64,000 nucleotides of DNA, taken from the NCBI GenBank assembly GCA_031414955.1, contig JANOQV010000105.1, positions 1-64,000 of the forward strand. The letters are read 5' to 3'. The stretch is from Pedosphaera sp. GTDB lineage: Bacteria > Verrucomicrobiota > Verrucomicrobiia > Limisphaerales > SIBH01. This document shows positions 19,828 through 30,556 of this stretch, one piece after another (the stretch's first letter is position 1; each line of letters opens with the position of its first letter). The notes beneath the pieces are model-generated. The model was not told the origin of the DNA, ran no database searches, and was given only the letters and a program-made list of their open reading frames with translations. Position numbers and translations under genes: made by a program.

Positions 19828-20946
19828 TCATCGGTCAGAGGAGGGCTGGCCAGCTCGCATCCGCCGCACAGCGGCCACGACCCGCCCCACCGTGATGCCC
19901 CTCAGACAGCGGAGGTCCACCGGGCACGTCGGCAGGAAACATGGTGCGCACGGCGCTACGCCCAGAATGATTTCATGCCGCGATCCTGGACTGGGGGCTG
20001 GCCCGGTCAACTCAGGGGAGGTGCTGCCAAAGGGCACGACAACTGGGGTGCCGACGGCGGCGGAAACGTGCATCGGGCCAGTGTCGTTCGTCAGCAGGAG
20101 TTCGCAGGCTTTCAACGCCGCGCACAGCTCACGCAGCGAAGTCTGGCCGCAAAGGTTGATGACGTTCAGGCCGCCGATCTGCGCGGCCAGAGTCGCGGCC
20201 AGGTTGGCGACCAACTCACGGTCACGGCCGCCGCCGAAAAGCAACCATCGGCAACGTGTCTCGTAGTGCAGCTCGGACGCAGCGGCAACGAAATGCTCCG
20301 CAGGCCAGCGTTTGGCCGGGCCATACTCGGCCCCGGCATTCAGCCCGAAGAGCGGCGCGTCGCCGGCCAGTCCGAATCGCTTCCGTGCCGCCGTCACCTC
20401 CGCGTCGCTCACAAAAAGCAGCGGGGGCAGCGGCTCGGCGGACGCGCCGCACGCGGCAACAATGCGCAGATAGTCATGCACATGGTGCGAGGTGGCGGGA
20501 AAAACGTCGCGGCTGGCTCCGGCGGAAATGCGCCGCCGCACTGCGGCGGCGGAACGCTTGCGCATCGCCGGCCCGCCGGGACGCGGCGGAATCGTGCGCG
20601 TGAGAAACAAATTGCGCCACGACCTGGCCAGCCCGGTACGTTCGGGAATGCGGGCCAGAAAAGCTTCCAGGGCGGAACGTGGAGAATTGGGCAGCACAAT
20701 GGCCGAGGTAAACTGCTCCGGGCGCAGCCTTCGCGCCACGCTGAACACACTCTCGCCCGCCGTGAACGTCAGCACCGCGTCGAGACTCGGATGGCCGTGC
20801 CACAAGCCGGCCAGCTTCTCGTGCGTGAGCAAGGTGATGTGTGCGCCGGGCCTGGCTTCGCGCAAGCGTTGCAGCGCGGGCGTGGTCATCACGGCGTCCC
20901 CCAGCCAGTTCACTCCGCGCACGAGAATCTTTTCAAACTGAGACAT
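19828..20946 (-). CDS. waaF: Lipopolysaccharide heptosyltransferase II (GT9)
   Basis: RGVNWLGDAVMTTPA, GAEYGPAKRWP, TNDTGPMH, FGST. Confidence 0.92.
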   Translation of the reverse strand: MSQFEKILVRGVNWLGDAVMTTPALQRLREARPGAHITLLTHEKLAGLWHGHPSLDAVLTFTAGESVFSVARRLRPEQFTSAIVLPNSPRSALEAFLARIPERTGLARSWRNLFLTRTIPPRPGGPAMRKRSAAAVRRRISAGASRDVFPATSHHVHDYLRIVAACGASAEPLPPLLFVSDAEVTAARKRFGLAGDAPLFGLNAGAEYGPAKRWPAEHFVAAASELHYETRCRWLLFGGGRDRELVANLAATLAAQIGGLNVINLCGQTSLRELCAALKACELLLTNDTGPMHVSAAVGTPVVVPFGSTSPELTGPAPSPGSRHEIILGVAPCAPCFLPTCPVDLRCLRGITVGRVVAAVRRMRAGQPSSDR

Positions 20947-20962
20947 GTTTAACCGGTGCTGG

Positions 20963-22135
20963 TCAGCGGAAACAGATTTGCCGCACGCACTCGTGGAAGT
21001 CTTTGGCCCCGCTAAGAATCTTGATCTCGACGCGCATGAATAGAATGGGGAGGTCACGGCGGTCAATCTTGGGAAAGCGCACCGCGTCCTTCTGCGTGGT
21101 CAGGATCACGGCGGCCTGGCGCTTCTTGCTGCGATTGATGGCGTTCAGCACTTCCTGCTGGGTGAAGCGATGGTGGTCGGCGTAGCGCTTGGCGTAGACC
21201 AGTTCCGCGCCCAGCTTGACGAGGCTTTGCTCGAAGCTCTCCGGCTGGGCGATGCCGCTGAAGGAAGCGACCTTCCTGCCCTGGAGAAACTCCAACCCAT
21301 GTCGTTCGCCGGTGAACACATCCTCGAAGTAGAGCGGGCTGTGGATGCACTCGATGATAGGTGCGGTGGGATTGTTCCGGGCCATGCGCGCCCGCAAGGC
21401 CGCCGTGTTGCCATCGCTCTTGGTGATGAAAAAAACGCTGGCCCGCGCGAGGTGCGACTCCGGTTCGCGCAAAGTGCCCCGCGGCAATAGGTGCTCGTTG
21501 CCGAAGGGCGACTGGCAGTCCACCAGCACGATGTCGCGGCGCCGTCCGGCCAGCTTCCAATACTGAAAGCCGTCGTCGAGCAGCAGCGTGTCGCAGCCGA
21601 ATTTCTCGATGGCGTAACGGCCGCTCTTCACGCGGTTCTTGTCCACCAGCACGATCACGTCCTTGAGATTCGAGGCGAGCATGTAGGGTTCGTCGCCGGC
21701 GGTTTCAGAATCGAGCAGCAAGGATTTGCCGTCCGACACAACTCGCGGCGGGGTGCGATCGTCGCGAAATAAAATTCTGTCGATGAACCGCTTGCTCAAG
21801 GGCGGCGGCTTGGAACGATAGCCGCGCGAGAGGATGGCGACGACGCGCCCTTGTTCCTTCAACTCGCGGGCGAACTTTTCCACCACGGGCGTCTTGCCCG
21901 TGCCCCCCACGGTGAGGTTGCCGATGGCGATGACCTGCACGCCGAGTGTCGAGTCGCGCAGGATGCGGAAGTTGTAAAGAATGCGCCGCAAGCGCACGGC
22001 CAGCGCGTACACCTTCGACATTAGGAAAAGGATGAAACGGGCCAGCGCCGCGCCTTTGCCGCGCCGCTGCCCGCTGATGATTTCCAGGACTACGGTTTCG
22101 ACCGTTTCCGTCCACATCCGAATCTGCTCGCGCAT
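20963..22135 (-). CDS. lpxK: Tetraacyldisaccharide 4'-kinase
   Basis: GNLTVGGTGKTP, SRGY, GDEP, LDDGFQ, LLPRG.LRE, TTQKDAVR. Confidence 0.95.
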   Translation of the reverse strand: MREQIRMWTETVETVVLEIISGQRRGKGAALARFILFLMSKVYALAVRLRRILYNFRILRDSTLGVQVIAIGNLTVGGTGKTPVVEKFARELKEQGRVVAILSRGYRSKPPPLSKRFIDRILFRDDRTPPRVVSDGKSLLLDSETAGDEPYMLASNLKDVIVLVDKNRVKSGRYAIEKFGCDTLLLDDGFQYWKLAGRRRDIVLVDCQSPFGNEHLLPRGTLREPESHLARASVFFITKSDGNTAALRARMARNNPTAPIIECIHSPLYFEDVFTGERHGLEFLQGRKVASFSGIAQPESFEQSLVKLGAELVYAKRYADHHRFTQQEVLNAINRSKKRQAAVILTTQKDAVRFPKIDRRDLPILFMRVEIKILSGAKDFHECVRQICFR

Positions 22136-22302
22136 CGAGGCGCGGAGTGTGCCCGCAGCCCGGAGTGAGGGCAAGGAGGCGTGTGGATTCGGACCGACAG
22201 AGGCGCAGGGGTTGCTCCAGATTCACCATCGCTCATCGGGCAGACCGCTGCCTGCCCTGGCAGTTTGGTTGGACCCGTCCGCGCGAACCCAAGGCACCAG
22301 AA

Positions 22303-22941
22303 TTATCGCCGTCCGCCCTTGGGCACCTGCTGCACACTGCCGTCACCCAACCCGATGTTGCCGTGGATGGGGCAACGGAACACGGTCTGGTTGAATACGT
22401 CCGCCTCCTTGGCCCCGGGCAACAGGAATTCGTAGGTCACATTGGCCGAGGCGTCGAACTGCGACCAGTCCGGAGCGGGCTTCTTCGACTTGTCGGCGGG
22501 GCAGATAAGAATCTTGGGCGTGACCAACTCGTTTTTCATGGAAATGAAATCCATGGGCAGAATGTCCTTGTTGTCGTTCGACCACAGGCGGGCCGCCAGC
22601 CCGATTTGTTTCATGTGGCTTGTGCAAGAACTGGTCTGTGCGTGGCCTTTGGCCCTGGCCAGTGCCGGCAAGAGCAGCGCGGCCAGCACGGCGATGACGG
22701 TGACCAGCAACGTCCCGATGTAGCCCATGATCAGACCGGTCAAAGCCATCGAAGCTCCGCCGTAAGTTTGAGGATCTCGCCTGGCCCGCGCGTGGGCGAT
22801 GTGGCCGGTGATGATGGCCGGGATGCCAGTGAGAAACAGGCACCCCAGCACAGAGAGAATGCCCAGCACGAGGCTGGTGATGCTGAGTCCGTTCTGGGTC
22901 TGGCCCACCGGGGCGGAGGTTGGTTGCTGGCCGTCGTTCAT
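22303..22941 (-). CDS. DUF4190 membrane protein fused to a pilin-like domain with H-X-DG C-terminal motif
   Basis: SLVLGILS...AIITGHIA...G..MALTGLIMGY; LLLPALARAK....C..HMKQIGLA; CP.D; CPIHGNIGLGDGSV. Confidence 0.8.
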   Translation of the reverse strand: MNDGQQPTSAPVGQTQNGLSITSLVLGILSVLGCLFLTGIPAIITGHIAHARARRDPQTYGGASMALTGLIMGYIGTLLVTVIAVLAALLLPALARAKGHAQTSSCTSHMKQIGLAARLWSNDNKDILPMDFISMKNELVTPKILICPADKSKKPAPDWSQFDASANVTYEFLLPGAKEADVFNQTVFRCPIHGNIGLGDGSVQQVPKGGRR

Positions 22942-23082
22942 AGTTTGTGGCGTTGAGTGTTTGCTGAGCCAGAGCGTTATAGCGGGCGAACTGAGTTCGG
23001 CCAAGGTGTTTCCCGCTTCGTGATCCAGTCGCTTTTGCGTCCTTGCCGCCGAGTTGCTCCCGGTCAACGATGCCGCCGACTC

Positions 23083-24024
23083 ATGCAAAGATTCATCTTC
23101 ATTTCGTTGCTGGCCGCGTGGTGTTCGTTCGCGAGTGTCCTCCGCGCCGCCGAGCGTCCCGCCGCCGCCGGGTATTCACTGTTTGCCCGCACCAATCTGG
23201 TGGCGTGGTGCATCGTCCCGTTCGACGCCAAGAAGCGCGGGCCGGAGGATCGCGCGGCGATGCTGGAGCAAATTGGCTTCAGGATGTTCGCCTACGATTA
23301 TCGCGCCGAACACATCCCGACGTTCGACGCCGAGGTCGAGGCGCTCCAGCGTCATCGGGTGCGGTTGCTCGCCTGGTGGTTTCCAACCTCACTCAACGCC
23401 GAGGCGCAGCAAATTCTCGGTGTGCTTCAACGCCACAAGATCCACGCGCAGCTTTGGGTGATGGGCGGCGGCGCTCCGACGAAGACGCCCGAGGAACAGC
23501 AGGCCCTCGTTGCGTCTGAGGCAAAACGCCTCAAGTCCATCGCCGAGGCCGCGGCGAAAATCGGCTGCACCGTGGGCCTCTACAACCACGGCTCCTGGTT
23601 CGGCGAGCCGGAGAATCAGATCGCCGTCATCGAAAAGTTGCGGACTGGCGGCATCACGAACGTCGGCATCGTTTACAATCTCCATCACGGCCACGATCAT
23701 CTCGACCGCTTTCCGGCGCTGCTCCAGAAAATGAAGCCTCACCTCTACGTGCTGAACCTCAACGGGATGGTGCGCGACGGCGAACGCTCCGGGCGCAAGA
23801 TTCTGCCCTTGGGCCAAGGCGATCTCGACCTTTCGCTGCTGAGGACGATTCGCGACAGTGGCTGGCACGGCCCGCTGGGCATCTTGAACCACACCGATGA
23901 AGACGCCGAGTCCCGCCTGCGCGACAACTTGGACGGCCTCGATTGGCTCCTGCCCCAACTCGAAGGACGACCCGCCGGAGTCAGCCCGACGCCGCGCAGT
24001 TGGCCTCCGTCCGGTCCCCGTTGA
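23083..24024 (+). CDS. Xylose-isomerase-like TIM-barrel protein, exported
   Basis: Signal peptide; GLYNHG.WFGEPEN, VYNLHHGH, ILPLGQGD.D. Confidence 0.75.
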   Translation: MQRFIFISLLAAWCSFASVLRAAERPAAAGYSLFARTNLVAWCIVPFDAKKRGPEDRAAMLEQIGFRMFAYDYRAEHIPTFDAEVEALQRHRVRLLAWWFPTSLNAEAQQILGVLQRHKIHAQLWVMGGGAPTKTPEEQQALVASEAKRLKSIAEAAAKIGCTVGLYNHGSWFGEPENQIAVIEKLRTGGITNVGIVYNLHHGHDHLDRFPALLQKMKPHLYVLNLNGMVRDGERSGRKILPLGQGDLDLSLLRTIRDSGWHGPLGILNHTDEDAESRLRDNLDGLDWLLPQLEGRPAGVSPTPRSWPPSGPR

Positions 24025-24236
24025 ACCTTCGCGCACGCCCCGGACCCCGAAAATTCCCCAAAAAAAGCTATTGCTATCTGCGCGGAACTGTTCAAGGTGC
24101 CTCCCGTCTGTAGATCGCTTGTCAGATCCAAGGCATGGTAAATCCTCAGGTGAACTCGGTTCAGTGATGATTTTAGACCCGGTGGTTCGGGAACAGTCTG
24201 GAGACAACAAGGGTTAGTCTAAGACAGTAACATCAC

Positions 24237-24611
<375 letters not shown>

Positions 24612-24628
24612 TTCCAACTGATTCTCGC

Positions 24629-24664
24629 ACGAGGCCCGGGTCAAACCGGGCCTCGTTTTATTTT
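24629..24664 (+). terminator. Rho-independent terminator
   Basis: acgaggcccgg-gtcaaa-ccgggcctcgt-tttatttt. Confidence 0.85.
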
Positions 24665-24781
24665 CAGAGTTAAACCCCAAAAATGCCAAATGCTTAGAAG
24701 CGTCAACGACTTCTGTTGCCAAAAATTCATGCCCCATTCTGATTCCTTGCCCCGCGCGGCTTCGCAGTCCCCCCCCCGCTC

Positions 24782-26686
24782 ATGAGCGCCACTCCCTCTT
24801 TGATTTCCGCCAATGAGCTTTCGCTCGCCTACGGGCACCAACGACTGCTTGAAGGCGTCACCCTGGCCGTTGCCCCCGGCGAAAAGGTCGGCCTCGTCGG
24901 ACGCAACGGCTGCGGCAAAACCTCGCTGCTCAAAATCATCGCCGGGGAAATCAATCCCGACGCCGGGGAAGTTTCCCGGCGACGCGGCTTGCGCATCGGC
25001 TATCTCCCTCAGGAATTCGAACTCGATGAATCCCGGACCATCCTTCAGAATATCGAAGCTGGGGCCGCCGATCTCATCGAGTGGCTCAACCGCTACGAGT
25101 CGGGTCAGGGCAGCGAAGCCGAACTGGGCGAACTGCTCCACAACATTGAGCACGCGGATGGCTGGAACTTCCACTCACGCATCAAGGCCGAAGCCACCGC
25201 GCTCGGCGTCCCGCCCCTCGACTTCCCCGTCGCGCGACTTTCCGGCGGCGAAAAACGCCGGGTCGCCCTCTGCCGCGCCCTCGCCGCACAGCCTGATCTC
25301 CTGCTGCTCGACGAGCCGACCAACCATCTTGATGCCGAGACCATTCGCTGGCTTGAGGAATGTCTCCGCAATTTCCCCGGGGCCGTCATCTTCGTCACCC
25401 ACGACCGCTACTTCCTCGACGTCATCGCGACGCGTGTGGTCGAGATCGCCGAGGGCCGCGCCTACTCCCATCCCGGCAATTATACCGCGTATCTTGAATC
25501 GAAAGCCATCCGCCAGCAGATCACCGAGCAGTCCGAGCGCCGCCGGCAGCGGTTTCTCAGTGTCGAGCTGGCCTGGGTGCGTTCCGGCGCGCGCGCCCAG
25601 CGCACCAAAGCACAGCACCGAATGCGGGCCTATTACCAGCTCTCCGGGCAGGAGGCTCCGCCCGAGGAACGCGAACTCGATCTGCTCATCCCGCCCGCCC
25701 CGCCGATGGGCAACACCCTCATTGATCTGGAAAACGTCGGCGCAAAAGTAGGCGAAGGCTCCGACGAACGCTGGCTCTTCCAACACCTGGATCTCATTTT
25801 GAAACCCGGCCAGTGCACGGGCGTCGTCGGCCGCAACGGCGTGGGCAAAACCACGCTGCTCCGCCTTTGCCTCGGCGAACGCCAACCCGACGAAGGCACC
25901 GCCAAGATGGGACGGCAGGTCAAAATCAACTACGTCGATCAAGCGCGCATGCAGCTCGACGACACCAAGACCGTGATGGAGCAGATCGCCGACGGTGGCG
26001 AGACCGTGCTCTTCGGCGACGAGCACATCAGCGCCCGTGGCTACCTGCGCCGCTTCCTCTTCGCGGACGATCGGGCCAACGAACCCATCAGCAAACTCTC
26101 CGGTGGCGAGCGCGCCCGCCTCATGCTGGCCAAGGTGCTCAAGCGCGGGGGCAACTTCATCGTGCTCGACGAGCCGACCAACGACCTCGATCTCCCCAGC
26201 CTCCGCATGTTGGAAGAGGCCATCGTCGAGTTCGCTGGCAGCGTGCTCGTCGTTAGCCACGACCGCTATTTCCTCGACCGCATCTGCGATCAGATCGTCG
26301 CCTTCGAGGATGCCGGCCTGTTCGTCCAACCCGGCAACTACTCCTATTATCTGGAAAAGAAAAAGGAGCGCGACGCTCGCCGGTCTGCCTACGCGCCGGT
26401 GGAGGGCCGGCCTCCGACCCGGTTTGAAGAAACTCCGACCTCCGTCAAATCCACTCGCCCGCGCAAGCTTGGTTTCAAGGAACAGCGCGAACTCGACGGC
26501 ATGGAAGCCGCCATCCACGCCACCGAGGCCCGCGCCGCCGAGATTGAAGCCACGCTCAACGATCCAAACTTCTACGCCACCCGCAGCCGCGAGGCGTCCC
26601 AACTCATCAACGAACTGGATCACACCAAGGCCGAAGTCACCCGCCTCTACGCTCGCTGGGAGGATCTGGCAGCGGTGGGAACGTAA
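24782..26686 (+). CDS. ABC-F family ATPase (Uup-like)
   Basis: Two ABC domains (GRNGCGKT/LSGGE/LDEPTN; GRNGVGKT/LSGGE/LDEPTN), no TM, C-terminal coiled coil. Confidence 0.93.
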   Translation: MSATPSLISANELSLAYGHQRLLEGVTLAVAPGEKVGLVGRNGCGKTSLLKIIAGEINPDAGEVSRRRGLRIGYLPQEFELDESRTILQNIEAGAADLIEWLNRYESGQGSEAELGELLHNIEHADGWNFHSRIKAEATALGVPPLDFPVARLSGGEKRRVALCRALAAQPDLLLLDEPTNHLDAETIRWLEECLRNFPGAVIFVTHDRYFLDVIATRVVEIAEGRAYSHPGNYTAYLESKAIRQQITEQSERRRQRFLSVELAWVRSGARAQRTKAQHRMRAYYQLSGQEAPPEERELDLLIPPAPPMGNTLIDLENVGAKVGEGSDERWLFQHLDLILKPGQCTGVVGRNGVGKTTLLRLCLGERQPDEGTAKMGRQVKINYVDQARMQLDDTKTVMEQIADGGETVLFGDEHISARGYLRRFLFADDRANEPISKLSGGERARLMLAKVLKRGGNFIVLDEPTNDLDLPSLRMLEEAIVEFAGSVLVVSHDRYFLDRICDQIVAFEDAGLFVQPGNYSYYLEKKKERDARRSAYAPVEGRPPTRFEETPTSVKSTRPRKLGFKEQRELDGMEAAIHATEARAAEIEATLNDPNFYATRSREASQLINELDHTKAEVTRLYARWEDLAAVGT

Positions 26687-26936
26687 AGGGATTGAGAGTT
26701 CGCTGGCGGGGTCTGTTCGCCGGCGTGAGCGCAGCCTGGCGGACTGCTCACGTTGATCGGATCGAGTTGGGCGCACTCCGTGACAACTGCTTTCCATCGC
26801 ACCGGGCGGGGAATCCTGACGGTCCAAGGCAGGGGAATCGACAGCCATCAAGTAGATGTGGCTGCTCCCCTCGACGGGTCTGGGATTCGAGCGGCCTCTC
26901 CCCTGCCCTTTCGCACATCGGCGTCCCGGCCTCTCG

Positions 26937-27632
26937 TTACTTCAATTCCCGAATCTTCAGGTTCCGGAACCATGCCTCGTCGCCGTGGTCAGTGAGCATG
27001 ATGTGGCCGGGGACTTTTTCGCCAAACTTGGCCGTGTTCTTAAACTTGCTGGCCGCCACGGCCTGCTTGACCGCTGGGCTGCCCAGTTCGTACTCCAGCA
27101 CTTTCGCGCCATTCAACCAGTGCTCGACGCGATTGCCCTGAACGAGAATACGCGAGGCGTTCCACTCGCCAACCGGCTTGAGGGGCTTGCCTCCGGCCGG
27201 AGGCAACACATCGTAGAAAGCGGCGGTCTGCCGCCTGGCACTCAGTTTGCCATCGGGGTGGCCCGTGTCATCGATCAACTGGTACTCGTGGCCGGGCGCA
27301 CCGGCCCGGGCCTCGGTGACGAGATACTTCAAACCGTTGTTGGCTGCGGGTGCGACGCGCCACTCCCAGGCCAGCTCGAAGTCCTCGTACTGGTTGGTGG
27401 TGATGATGTCGCCGCCCTTCACCTGGGCGAGTTTCTTGAGCATGCCTTCCTCGGCTCTCCAGCCGGCACCCGGTGGCGTCGGCTTGCGAAACTGCCGCCA
27501 GCCGCTGGTGTCCCGGCCATTGAAGAGCAGCTTCCAGCCGGCGGCTTTTTCCTCGGCGGTGAGTTGATTGAGTTCCGCCGCCGGCACGGCAAACGCGGCC
27601 AGCAAGGCGCACAGGGTGGAAAAGGATTTCAT
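26937..27632 (-). CDS. DUF1080 (3-keto-disaccharide hydrolase-like) protein
   Basis: GWKLLFNG, DFEL.WEW, EYQLIDD, GEWN, HWLNG, DHGD..WFRNLKIREL. Confidence 0.9.
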   Translation of the reverse strand: MKSFSTLCALLAAFAVPAAELNQLTAEEKAAGWKLLFNGRDTSGWRQFRKPTPPGAGWRAEEGMLKKLAQVKGGDIITTNQYEDFELAWEWRVAPAANNGLKYLVTEARAGAPGHEYQLIDDTGHPDGKLSARRQTAAFYDVLPPAGGKPLKPVGEWNASRILVQGNRVEHWLNGAKVLEYELGSPAVKQAVAASKFKNTAKFGEKVPGHIMLTDHGDEAWFRNLKIRELK

Positions 27633-27710
27633 GCCGGAAATCATTTCGAGGCGGGGAAAATATGCCAGCACGAAAATGGTCGTGGAGGAACCGCCCGGCG
27701 CAAACTCGAC

Positions 27711-29867
27711 TCACAGCCCCGTCACCGGGACTGCCATCTTCTCACCGGCCCGCATGTACTGATACAGCGCGTTGATCTGTTGCTCCGCATCGCCCTCGTA
27801 GAAATCCGTCAGTGCGCTGCGGCCATCCTCGAAATAGGCGGGCATCTTCGAGCCGGGGTCGACGGCAAGGGGAGCCCGAAGCCAGCGGAAGAAATACGGC
27901 TTCATCAAGCGCACGCCGGTCAGTCCGAGGTTCAGACCTTCGCTCTCGAACACGGCGGTCGCCGACAATTCATTCACCGCGTGACAATTGACGCACGACA
28001 ACCCGCCATCCATGCCGGCGAGCTTGTGGCCGACCTTCGCCGCCGCCTCGTCAATTGGGCCTTCGTTGCGTGACGTTGGCGCGTAGCCCTGCTGCATGGC
28101 CATCGCCCCGGCGAGCAGCTTGGCGCGCGACTTGAAGGCCGGCATTCGCGCCTCGACCCACAACTCGCCTTTGGGATGGAGGTCGGCTCGGACCTTGAAG
28201 GGATCGCCTCCGATGAAGGCCGCCGCCCACTCCGGCTTCAATTTCCCGCCCAGAACATCAAGGGCCGGCACCAGATCAATCTGCCCGTGGCAGGCGGCAC
28301 AACTGAGCAGCCGGGTCGCGCGCGCGGCGAACTCCAGCGGACTGTGGCGAGAAAGCGAGGCAAAGTCTGTTTTCACAAACGCCACCAGCGCCTCCCGTTC
28401 CCTCGCGTTGAACCCAAAGTCCGGCGCTTTCGATTTCTCATCGCGCTTCTCCGCGAGGCAGCCCTTCGTCTCCTTCGCCAGCTTCGCTAGACCCACGGTG
28501 CTGAACTTGTTCTCCTCCATCGCAGCCGAATGGCAGTTCAAACAACCGGTGCTCTGCACCAGTTCTCTTCCACGGGAAGCATTCGATTTTTTGTCGAGAA
28601 CCTGGGGCGGTTGCGGCTGGTCGGCATTCTTAAACAGGAACGCCGCCAGTTCCTTCGCCTCGGCCTCGGCCAGTTTGAAGTTCGGCATCCGAATCCAGGT
28701 GAAGTGCCGCTCCGGTGCCGTGAGAAACTCCGCCAGCTTGCCTTCGCTGAATTTCTGGGCGACGTGCTTGAGTGAAATCTTGGCTGCTTCCGCCGCCGAC
28801 TGATCCGGCGCGTTGTGGCAACTGATGCAATGCAGCCGCTCGAAGATCGGTTTCCTCTCCTGATTCACATCGGCGGGCGTCTCGTTGCCGTCGCCAGCCG
28901 AGGGTTTGGCGCTCACACCGGAGCGCCTGGCAATTTCTCCGAGCGCCTTGAAGTGACGCGGAGATTGAATGGCGTTGGGGTCGTCAAGCTCGGTCACGAT
29001 GTATTTGATCTCGGCCACCTTTAATGCCCCCGTCCGGGCGACAACATTCGTGGTCAACGAATTCAAGTAATCCGCCATCGCCTCCGCGTCCTCCTTCGCC
29101 TGCGGCCCATGCAGCAGCTTCGGCATGTGGACCGACGCACGCGTAGACTTCGGATCGAGAATCCACTTCGCGAGCCAGTCGCGATTCCGTCGCGCGCCGA
29201 TGCCGTCGAAAGCCGGCGCATCCATCGCCAGCTCCGGCACGGGCGACGCGAACTTCTCCATGTGGCACTTGGCGCAGCGATTCTCCAGAAACAACTCGCG
29301 GCCGAGATAAAGCGTCTCCGCTTGCTGCAACTCCGGCGTGCTGGCGTGCGTGATGATACTATGCGGAATCGGGTTCACGTTCGTGCCCTTCTCCGTCCAG
29401 CCGACGCGCAACGCGGAACCGCCGATGGCGGCGCTAGTGAATGTGGCCCGCAGCGCGTTCGGGCCTTTGTTGATCTGCACCGGCTTGCTCAAGGCACCCG
29501 GGACGCTCGTGTCCAGCACCACGAGGCTGTTGATCTCAAGCTTGAGCGTGCCGCCCAGTTCCTCGGCCTGGAAAGTGTAACTCGAACGCAAGTCGCCGTT
29601 GATGCTGCCCTCGAACACGGCGGTGAACTTCCCCGGCGGTAGGAATGGCGTGGCTGCCTGCCCCGACTCGACGTAGAGCCAGAGGTTTGGCAGCACCATC
29701 AGGTCGGAGGATTTTCCATCCGCAGCCGTGAACTTGACGGCGAAGCCATGCGGCAGGGCGGCAAGGACGGCGGACGGCAACGAAACCGGCGCGAGGAGGA
29801 GGAGAACTGCAAGTTCACTCCTCCAGCCAAGCCACCGGGGAAGAAAGCCAAACTGTTTGAATATCAT
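27711..29867 (-). CDS. Multi-haem c-type cytochrome (5 CxxCH)
   Basis: CAKCH, CISCH, CLNCH, CAACH, CVNCH, most followed by MP motifs; signal peptide. Confidence 0.85.
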   Translation of the reverse strand: MIFKQFGFLPRWLGWRSELAVLLLLAPVSLPSAVLAALPHGFAVKFTAADGKSSDLMVLPNLWLYVESGQAATPFLPPGKFTAVFEGSINGDLRSSYTFQAEELGGTLKLEINSLVVLDTSVPGALSKPVQINKGPNALRATFTSAAIGGSALRVGWTEKGTNVNPIPHSIITHASTPELQQAETLYLGRELFLENRCAKCHMEKFASPVPELAMDAPAFDGIGARRNRDWLAKWILDPKSTRASVHMPKLLHGPQAKEDAEAMADYLNSLTTNVVARTGALKVAEIKYIVTELDDPNAIQSPRHFKALGEIARRSGVSAKPSAGDGNETPADVNQERKPIFERLHCISCHNAPDQSAAEAAKISLKHVAQKFSEGKLAEFLTAPERHFTWIRMPNFKLAEAEAKELAAFLFKNADQPQPPQVLDKKSNASRGRELVQSTGCLNCHSAAMEENKFSTVGLAKLAKETKGCLAEKRDEKSKAPDFGFNAREREALVAFVKTDFASLSRHSPLEFAARATRLLSCAACHGQIDLVPALDVLGGKLKPEWAAAFIGGDPFKVRADLHPKGELWVEARMPAFKSRAKLLAGAMAMQQGYAPTSRNEGPIDEAAAKVGHKLAGMDGGLSCVNCHAVNELSATAVFESEGLNLGLTGVRLMKPYFFRWLRAPLAVDPGSKMPAYFEDGRSALTDFYEGDAEQQINALYQYMRAGEKMAVPVTGL

Positions 29868-30155
29868 AAATCGTAATTCACAAGCGAACCTCGCTCTTGC
29901 GGCTTTGAGACTAACAAAATGACGACCACCATCAAGGCGGAGCGCCCACGCTCAAAACGGCGTGAGCCGATGCGAGCAAAATCATTGGTGAACCCGCAAT
30001 GATGAAGACCCGGCCCAGAGTTGGCCGCGCCTCGACGACGCAAGAATCAACCACTACAGCGGTGACTCAAGGCTCGGAGCAACTCGAGATTGTGGCCTCC
30101 AGCCTGCGGCCCTGGGCCGCCATTTCCAATCCTCCCTCTTTTCGGAAAATAGTGG

Positions 30156-30208
30156 TTGCACGAGAATTTCCGATTGCTACAGTCCGCCTCCGCTTTTGGA
30201 AAAGCGGA
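30156..30208 (+). promoter_or_regulatory. Putative sigma70 promoter and leader hairpin of rpsJ operon
   Basis: TTGCAC-N16-TACAGT with extended TG; then hairpin ccgcttttggaaaagcgg. Confidence 0.55.
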
Positions 30209-30242
30209 AGGTTTTAACCATTAACAGACAATTGTTCTTTGT

Positions 30243-30551
30243 ATGGCTGGACAACGTATTCGTATTCGCCTGAAGGCGTATGACCATCGGGTCATCGACC
30301 AATCAGCGCATGACATTGTGGAAACCGTGAAGCGCAGCGGTGCTCGCGTGGCTGGTCCCATTCCGCTCCCAACTCGCGTCGAACGCTTCACCGTGCAACG
30401 CTCACCCCACGCGGACAAAAAATCCCAGGAAACATTCGAACAGCGCACCCACAAGCGCCTCTTGGACATCCTCGACCCGACGGCCAAGACAGTGGACGAG
30501 CTGAAGAAACTGAACCTCCCCGCCGGCGTGGATATCACCATCAAAATCTGA
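30243..30551 (+). CDS. rpsJ: 30S ribosomal protein S10
   Basis: [25 protein letters not shown]. Confidence 0.99.
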   Translation: MAGQRIRIRLKAYDHRVIDQSAHDIVETVKRSGARVAGPIPLPTRVERFTVQRSPHADKKSQETFEQRTHKRLLDILDPTAKTVDELKKLNLPAGVDITIKI

Positions 30552-30556
30552 CTTTT

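Noticed and set aside
26690..26935. Intergenic stretch as possible ncRNA
   Set aside because: Only short weak hairpins; no recognisable RNA family or clear repeat
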